Of a DNA stretch of 64,000 nt, positions 1-12,835 are shown piece by piece; position 1 is the stretch's first letter; the number at the start of each line of letters is the position of its first letter. The notes beneath the pieces are model-generated. The model had not been told where the DNA came from. It searched no databases and worked only from the letters and a program-made list of their open reading frames with translations. The DNA comes from Macrostomum lignano (Eukaryota), in contig NIVC01000022.1 of NCBI GenBank assembly GCA_002269645.1, positions 372,001 through 436,000 on the forward strand. The letters run 5' to 3'. The position numbers were made by a program, and so were the translations under genes.

Positions 1-459
1 GAAGGCAATGTGTATACTAGGATTTCCTAGCATACAATAAGGGTTTTACCATTTTTTAATATACATCAAGGTATATCCTGGCATATATAAATAGCAGCTA
101 AATTGTATTAAATGACAATTTTTGTATTGGCACACAAACCTAGCATACAAACAAGGTCTTGCCATTTTTTCTGGCATTAAACCCAGACCCAGCATATATA
201 CAATTAACATAAATATATGATCCAAACTATGACCTGGTAGAACAGCACGCTTGATAATGAGAAGTAAAAGAAAGGAGATTGCGAGCATTTTCATTAGAAC
301 GACATGTTTCGCCTAACTTTAGGCATCATCGGGCAGATTGGAATTTATTTAATTTAAGTCAAAACGAAGAGTATAAATACATTTCAGTGGCAGATAGTCA
401 GTGATGCACAAGATTGTAATAACAAAACACGGGGGGAGTCAACAGATCAAAACCGAGAC

Positions 460-494
<35 letters not shown>

Positions 495-2596
495 AAAAGA
501 GAGAGAGAAAGAGCCGGGTAGTGGGTGTACGTTTAGAACACTCTCAGGAGAGCATCGGCCCCGGAATAACCCAACTGTTTATTTAAAGTTGGTTGCCAGT
601 TTTTAATGTACATAGCTTCAATAATCTTAAGGCGATGATCGATATTGCAACTGTGTATGATAGTAAACTATGACCTGTACTGCCTAGGCCTATGCACCTT
701 CCCCTAAATCTGCCAAATGACTGATTAAAAATGAATTTGTAATCTTATCACTATCATTCTCATTTCCATTATAACTTAGGCCTAGGCCTATATTAGGACT
801 ATAATATTTATGTTATATAATATTTTGTGGTAGTAATAGACAAAGTCAAAAATAACTGTCAATAGGCCCAACCCTTAAGGCCTAGGCAGGCTTAGCTTGA
901 AAAGGAACTAAATAACATGTAGCTTAAGCATAGGCTCTAAGGTGGAAGGCCTAAGGGTTTGTTGGCATTAGGGGAATGCCAGTTTTAGGCAGTTGATATA
1001 CTGTTATACATTTGTACATTTGTGCAATTATTAGGGCCTTTTTAGTTAAAATAGGCCTAAGGAATTAAATAGATCTATGACTATGTACTATATATATAGA
1101 TATTATAATTTAATTATTAATTTACTATATTTTATTTAAAATTATTAATATAAGTTTAATGACCATAAGCTAATGCATGGTTTTAAACTTTAATTAGGCC
1201 TAACTATTTTGAGAGAGAGGTTTTGACGTTTGAGTTTATTTTCTCGAGTCAAACCCAATTTAATATAAAAAACTGCAAGTATGAGAGGTTTCCTTTCAAT
1301 TTTCAGTCATTTACACAAACTAAACCATTAAATTAAAACTATAACACAACATAGTGTACAAATTATCCGTATTATTATAACTTGATACCCATATTATGGC
1401 GCCGCCATCACCATAATTTCTGCACACCCAAATTTAAAAAGCTGGTGCTGGCCAGATATAGTGTAAACTTTTAATTGTAAGTCCTTAAAGGTACGATGTC
1501 CATTAAAACATAAAAAACTTTGAGTGTTTATTATATCATTTAGTTTGCAGATAAATTCGCAAAGTAAAAAATAAAATGTGTTATTCTGTGTTACGAAATT
1601 TAAATAAAATATAGATGAGAAATCAAGTACGACGTAATCAGTGGTATCTCCGATATCTCTCACCTGCTGCCGCACCTTACTCGCGCGCGCATATATAACG
1701 TAAAAATCGAACACAAATGGTTTGTTTTTTTGGCCCAAGGGTAGCTAGCCCCTATCCATGAATATGAATATGATTTACAGTCGTAGCTAATTAATTTCCT
1801 GTAACTCCCCATACTTCCCAAGTTCCCATAACATTTAAATTTAATGATGTTGAATCCAATCCAATGGCAACAGTTCTTCGATCATGCGTGTATTAATAAT
1901 GAAATAAAGAGTGACATCACTATAGTTTTGCTTACCTAACCCACCTAATTTAGGCTGAATATCACTATTAGACTATTCACTGATTCATTGACATTGTCAT
2001 TAGACATTTAGGCCTAAACTACAAGTAGGCACTCCAATCCCCAATCAGATTTTAAAAGTTTAAATTTCATTATTTTAAATTTTTTTCATTTAATAAATCT
2101 CATTTGCCTTAGGCCTAGTAAAAAGACTCCTTACTTAAAGCTTAATTTAAAAGATTAGGCACTATGATCATTTATTCTTAGCCTTAACTTAGGGGGCCTA
2201 ACTTGACTAATTTCTATGTCCAATATAATATTTTTAGGAAAATATATTAAAAAATAAATTATAAATATATATAATATAGATTGTCATTGCTCTAAGCCTT
2301 GATGAAGTCTAGATAGGCCTATACTTGTAAAGTTTTTTTTCTCAATGAAAAATGCCACACTTAGAGACATGGCCGTCATGCCCATAACATGGCAAACTTC
2401 TTATAATATAAAATTTGTAATAATCTGTAAGTGTAAGTTTGAATACTTACAGATATACCTATATATATATATACTTGCAGCTGATAATTATAATTTAATT
2501 TAATTTATTATTTCTTATTTTATTTTAATCAAAAAACTTAAAAAGTTCAAGAAAGAAAAAAATTCTCTTTGCTAAAAAAATTTAAATGAAAAAAAT

Positions 2597-2671
2597 GCTG
2601 ACCTCTTAGGATTCAAACCTTCCTACATGCAATCACAAGGCAATTGACATATCTACTAAGCCACCATTTGC
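2597..2671 (-). other. Degenerate tRNA-like / SINE-head sequence
   Basis: Minus strand has an A-box-like GTGGCTTAGTAG and a B-box-like GGTTTGAATCC at tRNA-like spacing. I could not fold a convincing cloverleaf. Confidence 0.35.
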
Positions 2672-2911
2672 TTATAAGAGAGCCCTACAAAAAATGCATT
2701 TTATATTGTTGATAATAGCCATGCATATAAGCTCCAATATTATAGACATGGCTGCCATGCCTATAACAGTATAAGTTATAAAGATTCCAAATGAAGAAAA
2801 GTATAAATTTTCCTCTATTTCAAATTTATGTTTGCCTTTTATTAATATAATTATGACTATATTGCAAAGTTATTCTAATAGGGCCTATTCAGTTGCAGAA
2901 ATATCTATTTT

Positions 2912-3561
2912 ATAAAGGAAGTGCTTATCCCCATGGTCCCATGCCAATAATTCCAATTTTATCCATACGGATCCATGTCAATAATTTTCAGCTTATCCCC
3001 ATGGCAGCTTATTCAAGTTATTAAAATAGCTACCACCATTCAAATCTATATAGGCCATGTAAATAATTCCAATTTTGTCCACATGGATCTGTGTCAATAA
3101 TTTTCAGCTTATCCCATGGCTAAAATTATGCATTTGTTTGTATTTAGTTTTGTGTACTGACATTAAATCAGTATTGTCATTATTATTTGCAATATTATTA
3201 TTATTTATTATTATTAATCATATATTGAAAGTTGAATTTTGCAAGTCTTATTTGCCTTGATCTTTGGGTCATTTGGTCATTCTAAGTAAAGCCGGTAGCT
3301 TAGCAAATATTTAAAATTAACCCTTTTAATGATGAAGTTTTAACAAAGTACTTGATACTATTCAGTATTTAATACATATAGTTTTTTAGAAGATTTGTAA
3401 AACAGTGAAAACAAAAAGACAATTTTTGAACAGATTCATTTTAAAGTTCTTTATTCCAATAAGCTACCATGGGGATAAGCTGGAAATTATCAACACAAAT
3501 CCATGTGGATAAAATTAGAATTATTGGCACGGGACCATGGGGATAAGCACTTCCTTTTATA
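2912..3561. mobile_element. MITE-like foldback element with ~100-bp imperfect inverted repeats
   Basis: 2912-3012 (ATAAAGGAAGTGCTTATCCCCATGGTCCC...) is the imperfect reverse complement of ~3458-3560. A partial extra direct copy lies at ~3055-3120. AT/TA-rich flanks, no ORF. Confidence 0.55.
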
Positions 3562-4409
3562 TATTTAAGTTGCTTATTGCTAATTAATTTAATTGTATAC
3601 ATTTCATGTTATAGTCTATAGCAAATAAAGTCTATTATAACTTTATAATCTAAATATTCTGGAAATTGTTTTGGATGTTGTAGGAGTATTTAATTATAGT
3701 TTGATCCTACCGTTTTATCACCAAAATTGTTGTAGAGGTTGGGGTTATACCAAATTGTTATAGAGGGGTTCTGAGAATTTTTTGGGTTTCAGGAAAAAAT
3801 GTTCAAATTCTACTATACCTTTTGCAATCAATTTCGTCATTTTTGCGTTCAATTTTGGCGCGAGCGCTAGTGTGCAGTCTAAACAACTGAGCCATAGACA
3901 CTGGGCAACTTTTGCATTCAAATTTGGCCTTTTTGCGTCCTATTTTGGCAGCTTACTGCATCAAACATACTTGCGGAGACAACTATAGGCCTGCTTTGGA
4001 GACAAATTTTTCATCCCACCCTCACTGAATGCAATCAAGTGAGAAAGTGTCTATGGCAAAAACATTCAAACTGTGCCCACAGTGCAGCCCATGTGATTGC
4101 GCTGCCAGCTTTTTGGCAGCAGGCTTAAAAAGGAGTTGTTGAGATTGTGTTACTCAGATAGGAAATGCTATTAATCTCAATAATCTCTTAAGAAGCTAAA
4201 AATACTGACCATGCAAGGCTTTCTATGTGTATTTATAGAATTTTTTATTCCCTCCCAGTATGGCTAGTTCAATCACTTTAAACCTATGTTACCATTCACT
4301 GCGTAACAATTATCAAGGCTTAGCAGACATGTCAACTGCTTATGCAATGAATTAAAATATGAAAACTTTTTTTCAGCTTAAAACAGCGGTTTAATCGCGG
4401 CGCACTGAC

Positions 4410-4598
4410 ATGGCCAAGTCCAAGAACCACACCAATCACAACCAGAACCGCAAGCACCACCGCAATGGCATTTACCGGCCAAAAAAGCAACGCTATCCCT
4501 CTCTGAAGGGCGTCGATCCGAAGTTCCTGAGGAACATGCGCTTCGCTAAGAAGCACAATAAGAACAGCTCGGCTGGCGCGGTCAAGGATAAGAAATAG
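4410..4598 (+). CDS. RPL29: 60S ribosomal protein L29 (62 aa, CDS intronless)
   Basis: [21 protein letters not shown]...[22 protein letters not shown] is the eL29 signature. An acceptor-like TTTTTTTCAG ends at 4376, 33 nt before the ATG. Confidence 0.97.
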   Translation: MAKSKNHTNHNQNRKHHRNGIYRPKKQRYPSLKGVDPKFLRNMRFAKKHNKNSSAGAVKDKK

Positions 4599-4910
4599 AT
4601 GGCTTGGACTGGATGCCGTGCCATTTGCCTGGCATCACGGACTTGAGGCTCGCTTGACTTTAATGTGTCATGAAATATACTTGAATTGGCATCCAGAGGT
4701 TTAACTAAACCCTGCGTGCATGGCTTGATTAGCTTGACCTTGGAAACAAAGACCTCGGTATCTTCACTTATTCCATCATTAATTGCTCTGAAGTGCAGCT
4801 TGTTAAACTTATTGTACGGCTTCTGTAAAACTAGCTAGAAGTCCAGAACACGCAGGGAATAAGATAGATTTGCTAGCTTTTCCTCTTCTGCCCATCCACA
4901 GTTTCTTTAT

Positions 4911-5695
4911 TGTCCATCACCGATTTCCCTGTTCATCACTAATTTCCCTGTTGTTCATCACTGATTTCCCTGTTGTTCATCACTGATTTCCCTGTTGTTC
5001 ATCACTGATTTCCCTGTTGTTCATCACCGATTTCCCTGTTGTTCATCACTGATTTCCCTGTTGTACATCGCTGATTTCCCTGTTGTACATCACTGATTTC
5101 CCTGTTGTACATCGCTGATTTCCCTGTTGTTCATCACTGATTTCCCTGTTGTTCATCACTGATTTCCCTGTTGTCCATCACCGATTTCCCTGTTGTTCAT
5201 CACTGATTTCCCTGTTGTTCATCACTGATTTCCCTGTTGTTCATCACTGATTTCCCTGTTGTACATCACTGATTTCCCTGTTGTACATCACTGATTTCCC
5301 TGTTGTACATCGCTGATTTCCCTGTTGTTCATCACTGATTTCCCTGTTGTTCATCACTGATTTCCCTGTTGTCCATCACCGATTTCCCTGTTGTTCATCA
5401 CTGATTTCCCTGTTGTTCATCACTGATTTCCCTGTTGTTCATCACTGATTTCCCTGTTGTCCATGTCCAATTCCCCTGTTGTCCATATCCAATTCCCCTG
5501 TTGTCCGTATCCAATTCCCCTGTTGTCCATATCCAATTCCCCTGTTGTCCATATCCAATTCCCCTGTTGTCCGTATCCAATTCCCCTGTTGTCCATATCC
5601 AATTCCCCTGTTGTCCATATTCAATTCCCCTGTTGTCCATATCCAATTATCCTGCTGTCCATATCCAATCCCCCCTGTTGTCCATGTCTAATTGT
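4911..5695. repeat. 22-bp minisatellite (CTGATTTCCCTGTTGTTCATCA) grading into a related 22-bp unit (CCAATTCCCCTGTTGTCCATAT)
   Basis: Directly visible tandem units between RPL29 and the GALNT start codon. Confidence 0.95.
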
Positions 5696-5729
5696 CCACA
5701 AACTTTATGCGCTGAAGCCTCCAGCAGCC

Positions 5730-8700
5730 ATGCGCATTCGAGTCTACCGCAGCGCGCGCAACGCTCTACTTATAGCTGTCGGCCTAGTAGTAGTATATCT
5801 GTTTGTTCGCGGCATCAGCAGAAGCGACTATCCGAGTCCCGATAGCGCCAATGAGCGGCGCGCCGATGGCGCCGTGATCGCGGATACTGGCGTCGCTAAA
5901 AAGCTCGGTCAAGGAGACGATCGTCGACGGGATCCAGTGGCCAATAATCCGCCCGCTAATCCGGTGGCGCCGTCGCGGCAAGCCGCGCTAGTGGTGTCGT
6001 CGGATCACGACGAGTTTGTCGAAGCGCCGCCCGCCGACTCAGCCGACGGTGGCGACGCCCTGCAGCTGGTGGACTGGCACGATCACAAGGCCATCGCCAA
6101 GGAAAAGCAGCGGAAAGGCCCGGGTAGGCTGGGGCAGTCGTTATTGTCACGGATAAGTCATTCGATCTGATTCCTAATCATTATAATCTCAAAAGTTTGA
6201 TAAAGTCATTTTACTTGATCTAAATCCTAATAAAAAATGCGCAAATGCAAATCCTAATCCCCATACAAATTCAATAAATCCCATAGTAATCCTTACTTAT
6301 CCCAGTCTTAATCCTTACTAATCCCAGTTATAATCCTTATTCTTATCCCTGTTATAATCCTTATTCTACACTTTTTTTGCATTGCCACGTAGTCATGGTA
6401 CAATTTAATTTTGTCTCAAACTTGTCTGCTCGTCTATGGGTAAACTTTATTGACGCGTGCAGATTTAGCATTCAATTTCGGCAATCTGCATTCAAATTCA
6501 GCAAAACACATTCGATTTCCACAACAGACGAGTGTTCAATTTCATGTACAGTTTACATCCAAAGAGGCTTTGTCGATCCTTTCATTTCACTTCACCCCAG
6601 CTTTCTGTTTTTTCGACTGCAAGTGTAGATATCGAGCATAGATATGAGTGACGATGAGAACATTGAAGAAAATGCAGTGACGAAGAAATTGAGTCAGAAG
6701 AAGATGGTCGAGGACCATACGCACGAGTTTCTGACGGAGATAGAGCCCGCCTTATCGATGCCCACGAGACAGGGCAGGACTATTTACAACTTGCAGAGCT
6801 CATGAACATCAAGAGAGCCACCGCCTATTCAATAGTTCGATCAGGCCGTCGATATAAACGACCCATGGGCGGAAGGCGGTACTCAAAGTTCGATGAGGAG
6901 ATGCGCTGATGCGCTTCGCCGATCTAACAGTGAACGACAGCGTCACTCAGGACAAGTGTCTCCAGTGGTACAATACTGCTTCAGCTTTGTACCGAGAGCC
7001 TGGCCAGGATGCACATCAATGGGGGCTGAAGGGCCACACTTGACGTGACTTCGATTTTCTGCTTTTGTTCCCTATGACACTGTACATGTATTGGACGACA
7101 TTTGTTTCGTTTTACGTTTAGTTAATAAAATTTTGCTGAATTTGAATGCAGATTGCCGATTTTGAATGACAGCTTGCTGAAATTGAATGCGACTTTGGTT
7201 GAAATTGAATGCAAAAAGGTGTAATCCCTATTCTAATCCCAGTCATAATCCTTATTCTAATCCCAGTTATAATCCTTATTCTAATCCCAGTTATAATCCT
7301 TATTCTAATCCCAGTTATAATCCTTATTCTAATCTAATCCCAGTCATAATCCTTATTCTAATCCCAGTCATAATCCTTATTCTAATCCCAGTCATAATCC
7401 TTATTCTAATCCCAGTCATAATCCTTATTCTAATCCCAGTCATAATCCTTATTCTAATCCCAGTCATCATCCTGATTCTAATCCCTGTTATAATCCTTAT
7501 TCTAATTCCAGTCATCATCCTGATTCTAATCCCTGTTATAATCCTTATTCTAATTCCAGTTATAATCCTGATTCTAAATCCTGTTATAATCCTTATTCTA
7601 ATCCCAGTCATAATCCTGATTCTAATCCCAGTTATAATCATTATTCTAATCTAATCACAATCATAATCCTTATTCTAATCCCAGTCATAATCCTGATTCT
7701 AATTACTGTTATAATCCTTATTCTAATCCCAGTTATAATCATTATTCTAATCTAATCACAGTCATAATCCTTATTCTAATCCCAGTCATAATCCTGATTC
7801 TAATTACTGTTATAATCCTTATTCTAATCCCAGTTATAATCATTATTCTAATCTAATCACAGTCATAATCCTTATTCTAATCCCAGTCATAATCCTGATT
7901 CTAATTACTGTTATAATCCTTATTCTAATCCCAGTTATAATCCTTATTCTAATCTAATCCCAGTCATAATCCTTATTCTAATCCCTGTTATAATCCTTAT
8001 TCTAATACCAGTCATAATCCTTATTCTAATCCCTGTTATAATCCTTATTCTAATACCAGTCATAATCCTTATTCTAATCCCAGTTATAATCCTTATTCTA
8101 ATCCCAGTTATAATTCTTATTCTAATCCCAGTTATAATCCTTATTTTAATCCCAGTCATAATCATAATACAAGTGTGTGTATTATCCCAAGACGTATACT
8201 AATCCTAAACCCTATTCATATCCTGAATACCAAATCCCAATCCCCATATCCCTAATTTTAAAATGGAATTCGATCAGCCCAGCCTCTCAAGCGCCATATT
8301 TGCCACCTATAAAATCTGAGTTTTATCCCACAAACCCCACAGGCGAGCAGGGGCTGGCGTACAACCTGCCGGCCGACCAGGACAAGGCGGAAGTGGACCG
8401 GCTCTACCGGGCCAACGGCTACAACGGCTACCTGAGCGACCGGCTGTCTCTCTACCGATCTATTAAAGACTTGAGGCATCCGCAGTGCCTGACGCAGAAG
8501 TACCGGCGAAAGCTGCCCACAGCTGCCATTGTTATACCCTTCCATAATGAGCACTTCTCAACGCTGCTCAGGACTGTTGTGTCCTGTCGGCATCGGGCGC
8601 CGAGGGAACTGCTGAAGGAGATTATTCTGGGTGAGTTGGGCTCTTCTGGAGTATTTCCTTAGCACCATGACATCACTGCATACCCTACTTGAGTATCCCT

Positions 8701-11236
8701 GAACACCCTGTTTGAGTACCTGAACATTCTTCTTGAGAACCTCTAGGCACCCTACCTTGGTACCTTTAACACCCTTTTTCAAAGTTTTATAACCTTTGAA
8801 CGCTTCCACCTAAGCACCCTACCAATTACTCTACCTAAGCACCCTAACCATTTCTCCACCTGAGCACCCTACCCATTCCTCCACCTGAGCACCCTACCCA
8901 TTCCTCCACCTGAGCACCCTACCCATTCCTCCACCTGAGCACCCTACCCATTCCTCCACCTGAGCACCCTACCCATTCCTCCACCTGAGCACCCTACCCA
9001 TTCCTCCACCTGAGCACCCTACCCATTCCTCCACCTGAGCACCCTACCCATTCCTCCACCTGAGCACCCTACCCATTCCTCCACCTGAGCACCCTACCCA
9101 TTCCTCCACCTGAGCACCCTACCCATTCCTCCACCTGAGCACCCTACCCATTCCTCCACCTGAGCACCCTACCCATTCCTCCACCTGAGCACCCTACCCA
9201 TTCCTCCACCTGAGCACCCTACCAATTACTCTACCTGAATGCTTTTGGCCGACCTCTCCCACAGTGGACGACAACAGCAGCAAGCCGGAGCTGAAGACCC
9301 CCCTAGACGACTACCTGAAGGCGCACTTCGACAACGTATTCGTAGTCCGCGCCAAGCGACGCGAAGGCCTCATCCGAGCTCGCCTGCTGGGCGCCGAGCG
9401 GGTCACGGCCGACACCTTCATAGTGCTGGACTCGCACTGCGAGTGCGGCATCAACTGGCTGCCGCCGCTGCTCGACCCCATCGCCGAGAACTGGCGCACC
9501 GCCGTCTGTCCGTTTGTCGACATCATCGACTTCGACAATTATGAGATCCGGCCGCAGGACGAAGGCGCCCGCGGCTCCTGGGACTGGCAGTTCTTCTACA
9601 AGCGGCTGCCGCTGCTGCCGGAGGACCGCCTGCACCCGGCCAGGCCGTTCGCCAGCCCCGTGATGGCCGGCGGCCTCTTCGCCATCAGCACGAAATTCTT
9701 TCGCGAGCTGGGCGGCTACGACCCTGGCCTGGACATCTGGGGCGGCGAGCAGTACGAGCTGAGCTTCAAGATCTGGCAGTGCCACGGCCGCATGCTGGAC
9801 GCTCCTTGCTCCCGGGTGGCGCACATCTATAGGAAATTCGCACCCTTCCCGAATCCCGGCATTGGCGACTTTCTGGGCAGGAATTTCAAACGGGTGGCCG
9901 AGGTGAGGCTGGCTACTGGCTTGATTGTTGGTAGCCTTAAGCTTGGTTCGAGTTTTGTTTATTGCACTAAGTCCAGGGTAGATGTAATTTTATTGCTGAT
10001 TGTATCTAAGCTAAGATAATTGTACTTTTATTGCTGATTTGTATCAAAGTATAAGATAAATGTACTTTTATTGCCGTTGGTACCTAAGTCTAAGATGGGT
10101 GTACTTTTATTGCCGAAGATGGGTGTACTTTTATTGCCGATGGTGCCCTGTACCCAAGTCTAGGATGAATGGTTGTACTTTTTGATGGTTACCAAGTATA
10201 GGATGAATGTAGGATGCTGATAGTACCCAAGTCTAGGATGAATGTACTTTTATTGCTGATGGTATATCCAAGCTTACGATGGATGTACTTTTATTGATGA
10301 TACCTAAGTCTTTGATGGGATGCACTTTTATTAATGACGCACAAGTCTAGAATAAGTAAGTACGGACTTTTAACAATGGACAGACAAAATCTATGTTCAC
10401 GTGAAGTCATCAAACAGTGCCGCTCCCAACCAATCGCAGGTGTGGATGGACGAGTACAAGGAGTACTTGTACAAGCGCAAGCAGCCCTACTACAGCAACG
10501 TTCAAACCGGCAACATCACCGCCCAGAAGGAGATCCGCCGTCAGCTGAAGTGCAAAAGTTTCCGCTGGTTCATGGAGAAGGTAGCCTTCGACCAGCCGAA
10601 GCATTTCCCCCTGGTGGAGCCCGCGCCAGCCGCCAGCGGTGAGGTAAAAAATGTCGGCAACGGGCTCTGCTTGGATACGAAATTTCGAGGCGAGCACGCC
10701 AAGATCGAGGTTGACAAGTGCCTGGGCGACGGAGGGCAAGGCGAACAAAGACTGGTGCTGACCTACCGGAAGGATATCCGGCCGGACAAGAAAGACGTCT
10801 GCTTCGATGTGCCAAACAATGCTGATAGGGCGCCGGTTATTCTGTTTGGCTGCCACGGATTTCAAGGCAACCAGTGGTGGAAACTGATCGTCAACACTGG
10901 ACAGGTAAATGGTGTTGTTTCGATACATATCGGGATATTTGTTGTTTCGATACATATCGGTACATCAATTATTGTTTCGATACATATCGGGACATTAGTA
11001 ATGATTTCAATACATATCGGGCTATAGTGAAAGCTCAACCCTAACTTTCTAACTACCGCCAGCTGAAGCATCCGGTGACCGACAAGTGCCTGGATTCGGA
11101 CAAAGCGAACCGCGAGGTGTTCGTCAGCTACTGCGATCCGGCCAAGGACACCCAGCGCTGGAAATGGCAGTTCGTGAACGCCACGCTGGCTAACGGAGAC
11201 GCCGCCCTGCCGGACGGCGAGCTGCGCATGAACTGA
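5730..11236 (+). CDS. GALNT10-like: Polypeptide N-acetylgalactosaminyltransferase, GALNT10/pgant6-like (GALNT-A, 652 aa, 5 exons)
   Basis: Exons 5730-6123, 8343-8630, 9265-9902, 10440-10904, 11063-11236. All junctions are GT-AG, phases are consistent, and the 1959 nt end in TGA. Type II TM segment, DWHD...GPGEQG stem, IPFHNE, DSHCE (DxH), [21 protein letters not shown], and three ricin repeats (CLD/CFD/CLD). Confidence 0.93.
6290..8165. repeat. 24-bp minisatellite (TAATCCTTATTCTAATCCCAGTCA) in GALNT-A intron 1, interrupted by a transposon at 6369-7221
   Basis: Tandem units on both sides of the insertion. They explain the spurious ILILIPVI and GIRIRIMT ORFs. Confidence 0.93.
6369..7221 (+). 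mobile_element. Internally deleted Tc1/mariner-IS630-like DNA transposon (853 bp)
   Basis: TA|CACTTTTTTTGCATT...AATGCAAAAAGGTG|TA gives a TA duplication. An internal 29-bp perfect inverted repeat (TCGGCAATCTGCATTCAAATTCAGCAAAA) and repeated GAAATTGAATGC motifs are present. A frameshifted remnant from ~6644 to 6909 reads [42 protein letters not shown] (HTH-like). No DDE core. Confidence 0.7.
8810..9238. repeat. 25-bp minisatellite (CCACCTGAGCACCCTACCCATTCCT) in GALNT-A intron 2
   Basis: Near-perfect tandem copies ending ~25 nt before the acceptor. Confidence 0.95.
10000..10375. repeat. Degenerate tandem repeat (GTACTTTTATTGC...CTAAGTCTAGGATG) in GALNT-A intron 3
   Basis: Recurrent GTACTTTTATTG motif at ~40-50 bp spacing. 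Confidence 0.7.
10912..11023. repeat. Four 27-30-bp units (GTTTCGATACATATCGG core) in GALNT-A intron 4
   Basis: Visible tandem copies filling most of a 158-nt intron. Confidence 0.85.
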
Positions 11237-11359
11237 ACTCGATTAGGGGCAGTGAGCACTGCTCTCTTGTTCCTGATCTGTCCCTGCAATGACTGGCCCT
11301 AATCTGCCATTATTAATCCTTCATAATCCTTATTAGTCTTTCTTGATCCTCTTTCAACT

Positions 11360-12835
11360 GTCTCCCCAATTCTCTCTCAAAGGCCTCCCTAATCTTCTCT
11401 CAAAGGCCTCCCCAATTCTCTCTCAAAGGCCTCCCTAATCTTCTCTCAAAGGCCTCCCCAATTCTCTCTCAAAGGCCTCCCTAATTCTCTCTCAAAGGCC
11501 TCCCTAATTCTCTCTCAAAGGCCTCCCTAATCTTCTCTCAAAGGCCTCCCCAATTCTCTCTCAAAGGCCTCCCTAATTCTCTCTCAAAGGCCTCCCTAAT
11601 CTTCTCTCAAAGGCCTCCCTAATCTTCTCTCAAAGGCCTCCCTAATCTTCTCTCAAAGGCCTCCCTAATCTTCTCTCAAAGGCCTCCCTAATCTTCTCTC
11701 AAAGGCCTCCCTAATTCTCTCTCAAAGGCCTCCCTAATTCTCTCTCAAAGGCCTCCCTAATTCTCTCTCAAAGGCCTCCCTAATCTTCTCTCAAAGGCCT
11801 CTCTAATCCTCTCTTAAAGGCCTCCCTAATCTTCTCTCAAAGGCCTCCCCAATTCTCTCTCAAAGGCCTCCCTAATTCTCTCTCAAAGGCCTCCCTAATT
11901 CTCTCTCAAAGGCCTCCCTAATCTTCTCTCAAAGGCCTCCCCAATTCTCTCTCAAAGGCCTCCCTAATCTTCTCTCAAAGGCCTCCCTAATCTTCTCTCA
12001 AAGGCCTCCCTAATCTTCTCTCAAAGGCCTCCCTAATCTTCTCTCAAAGGCCTCCCTAATCTTCTCTCAAAGGCCTCCCTAATCTTCTCTCAAAGGCCTC
12101 CCTAATCTTCTCTCAAAGGCCTCCCTAATCTTCTCTCAAAGGCCTCCCTAATCTTCTCTCAAAGGCCTCCCTAATCTTCTCTCAAAGGCCTCCCTAATCT
12201 TCTCTCAAAGGCCTCCCTAATCTTCTCTCAAAGGCCTCCCTAATCTTCTCTCAAAGGCCTCCCTAATCTTCTCTCAAAGGCCTCCCTAATCTTCTCTCAA
12301 AGGCCTCCCTAATCTTCTCTCAAAGGCCTCCCTAATCTTCTCTCAAAGGCCTCCCTAATCTTCTCTCAAAGGCCTCCCTAATCTTCTCTCAAAGGCCTCC
12401 CTAATCTTCTCTCAAAGGCCTCCCTAATCTTCTCTCAAAGGCCTCCCTAATCTTCTCTCAAAGGCCTCCCTAATCTTCTCTCAAAGGCCTCCCTAATCTT
12501 CTCTCAAAGGCCTCCCTAATCTTCTCTCAAAGGCCTCCCTAATCTTCTCTCAAAGGCCTCCCTAATCTTCTCTCAAAGGCCTCCCTAATCTTCTCTCAAA
12601 GGCCTCCCTAATCTTCTCTCAAAGGCCTCCCTAATCTTCTCTCAAAGGCCTCCCTAATCTTCTCTCAAAGGCCTCCCTAATCTTCTCTCAAAGGCCTCCC
12701 TAATCTTCTCTCAAAGGCCTCCCTAATCTTCTCTCAAAGGCCTCCCTAATCTTCTCTCAAAGGCCTCCCTAATCTTCTCTCAAAGCCTCCTCAATTCTCT
12801 CTTAAAGGCCTCCCTAATCCTCTCTTAAAGACCCT
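11360..12835. repeat. 23-bp minisatellite (CCTAATCTTCTCTCAAAGGCCTC) between the convergent GALNT genes
   Basis: About 60 tandem copies with a highly homogeneous centre. Confidence 0.96.

Noticed and set aside
46-294. Hydrophobic 82-aa ORF at the window edge
   Set aside because: No recognisable family or splice support, so it cannot be distinguished from chance in AT-rich DNA.
1394-1738. ORF with IYARAS resembling the serine-recombinase YARVS motif
   Set aside because: No downstream resolvase motifs, AT-rich non-coding-like composition and short length. Probably chance.
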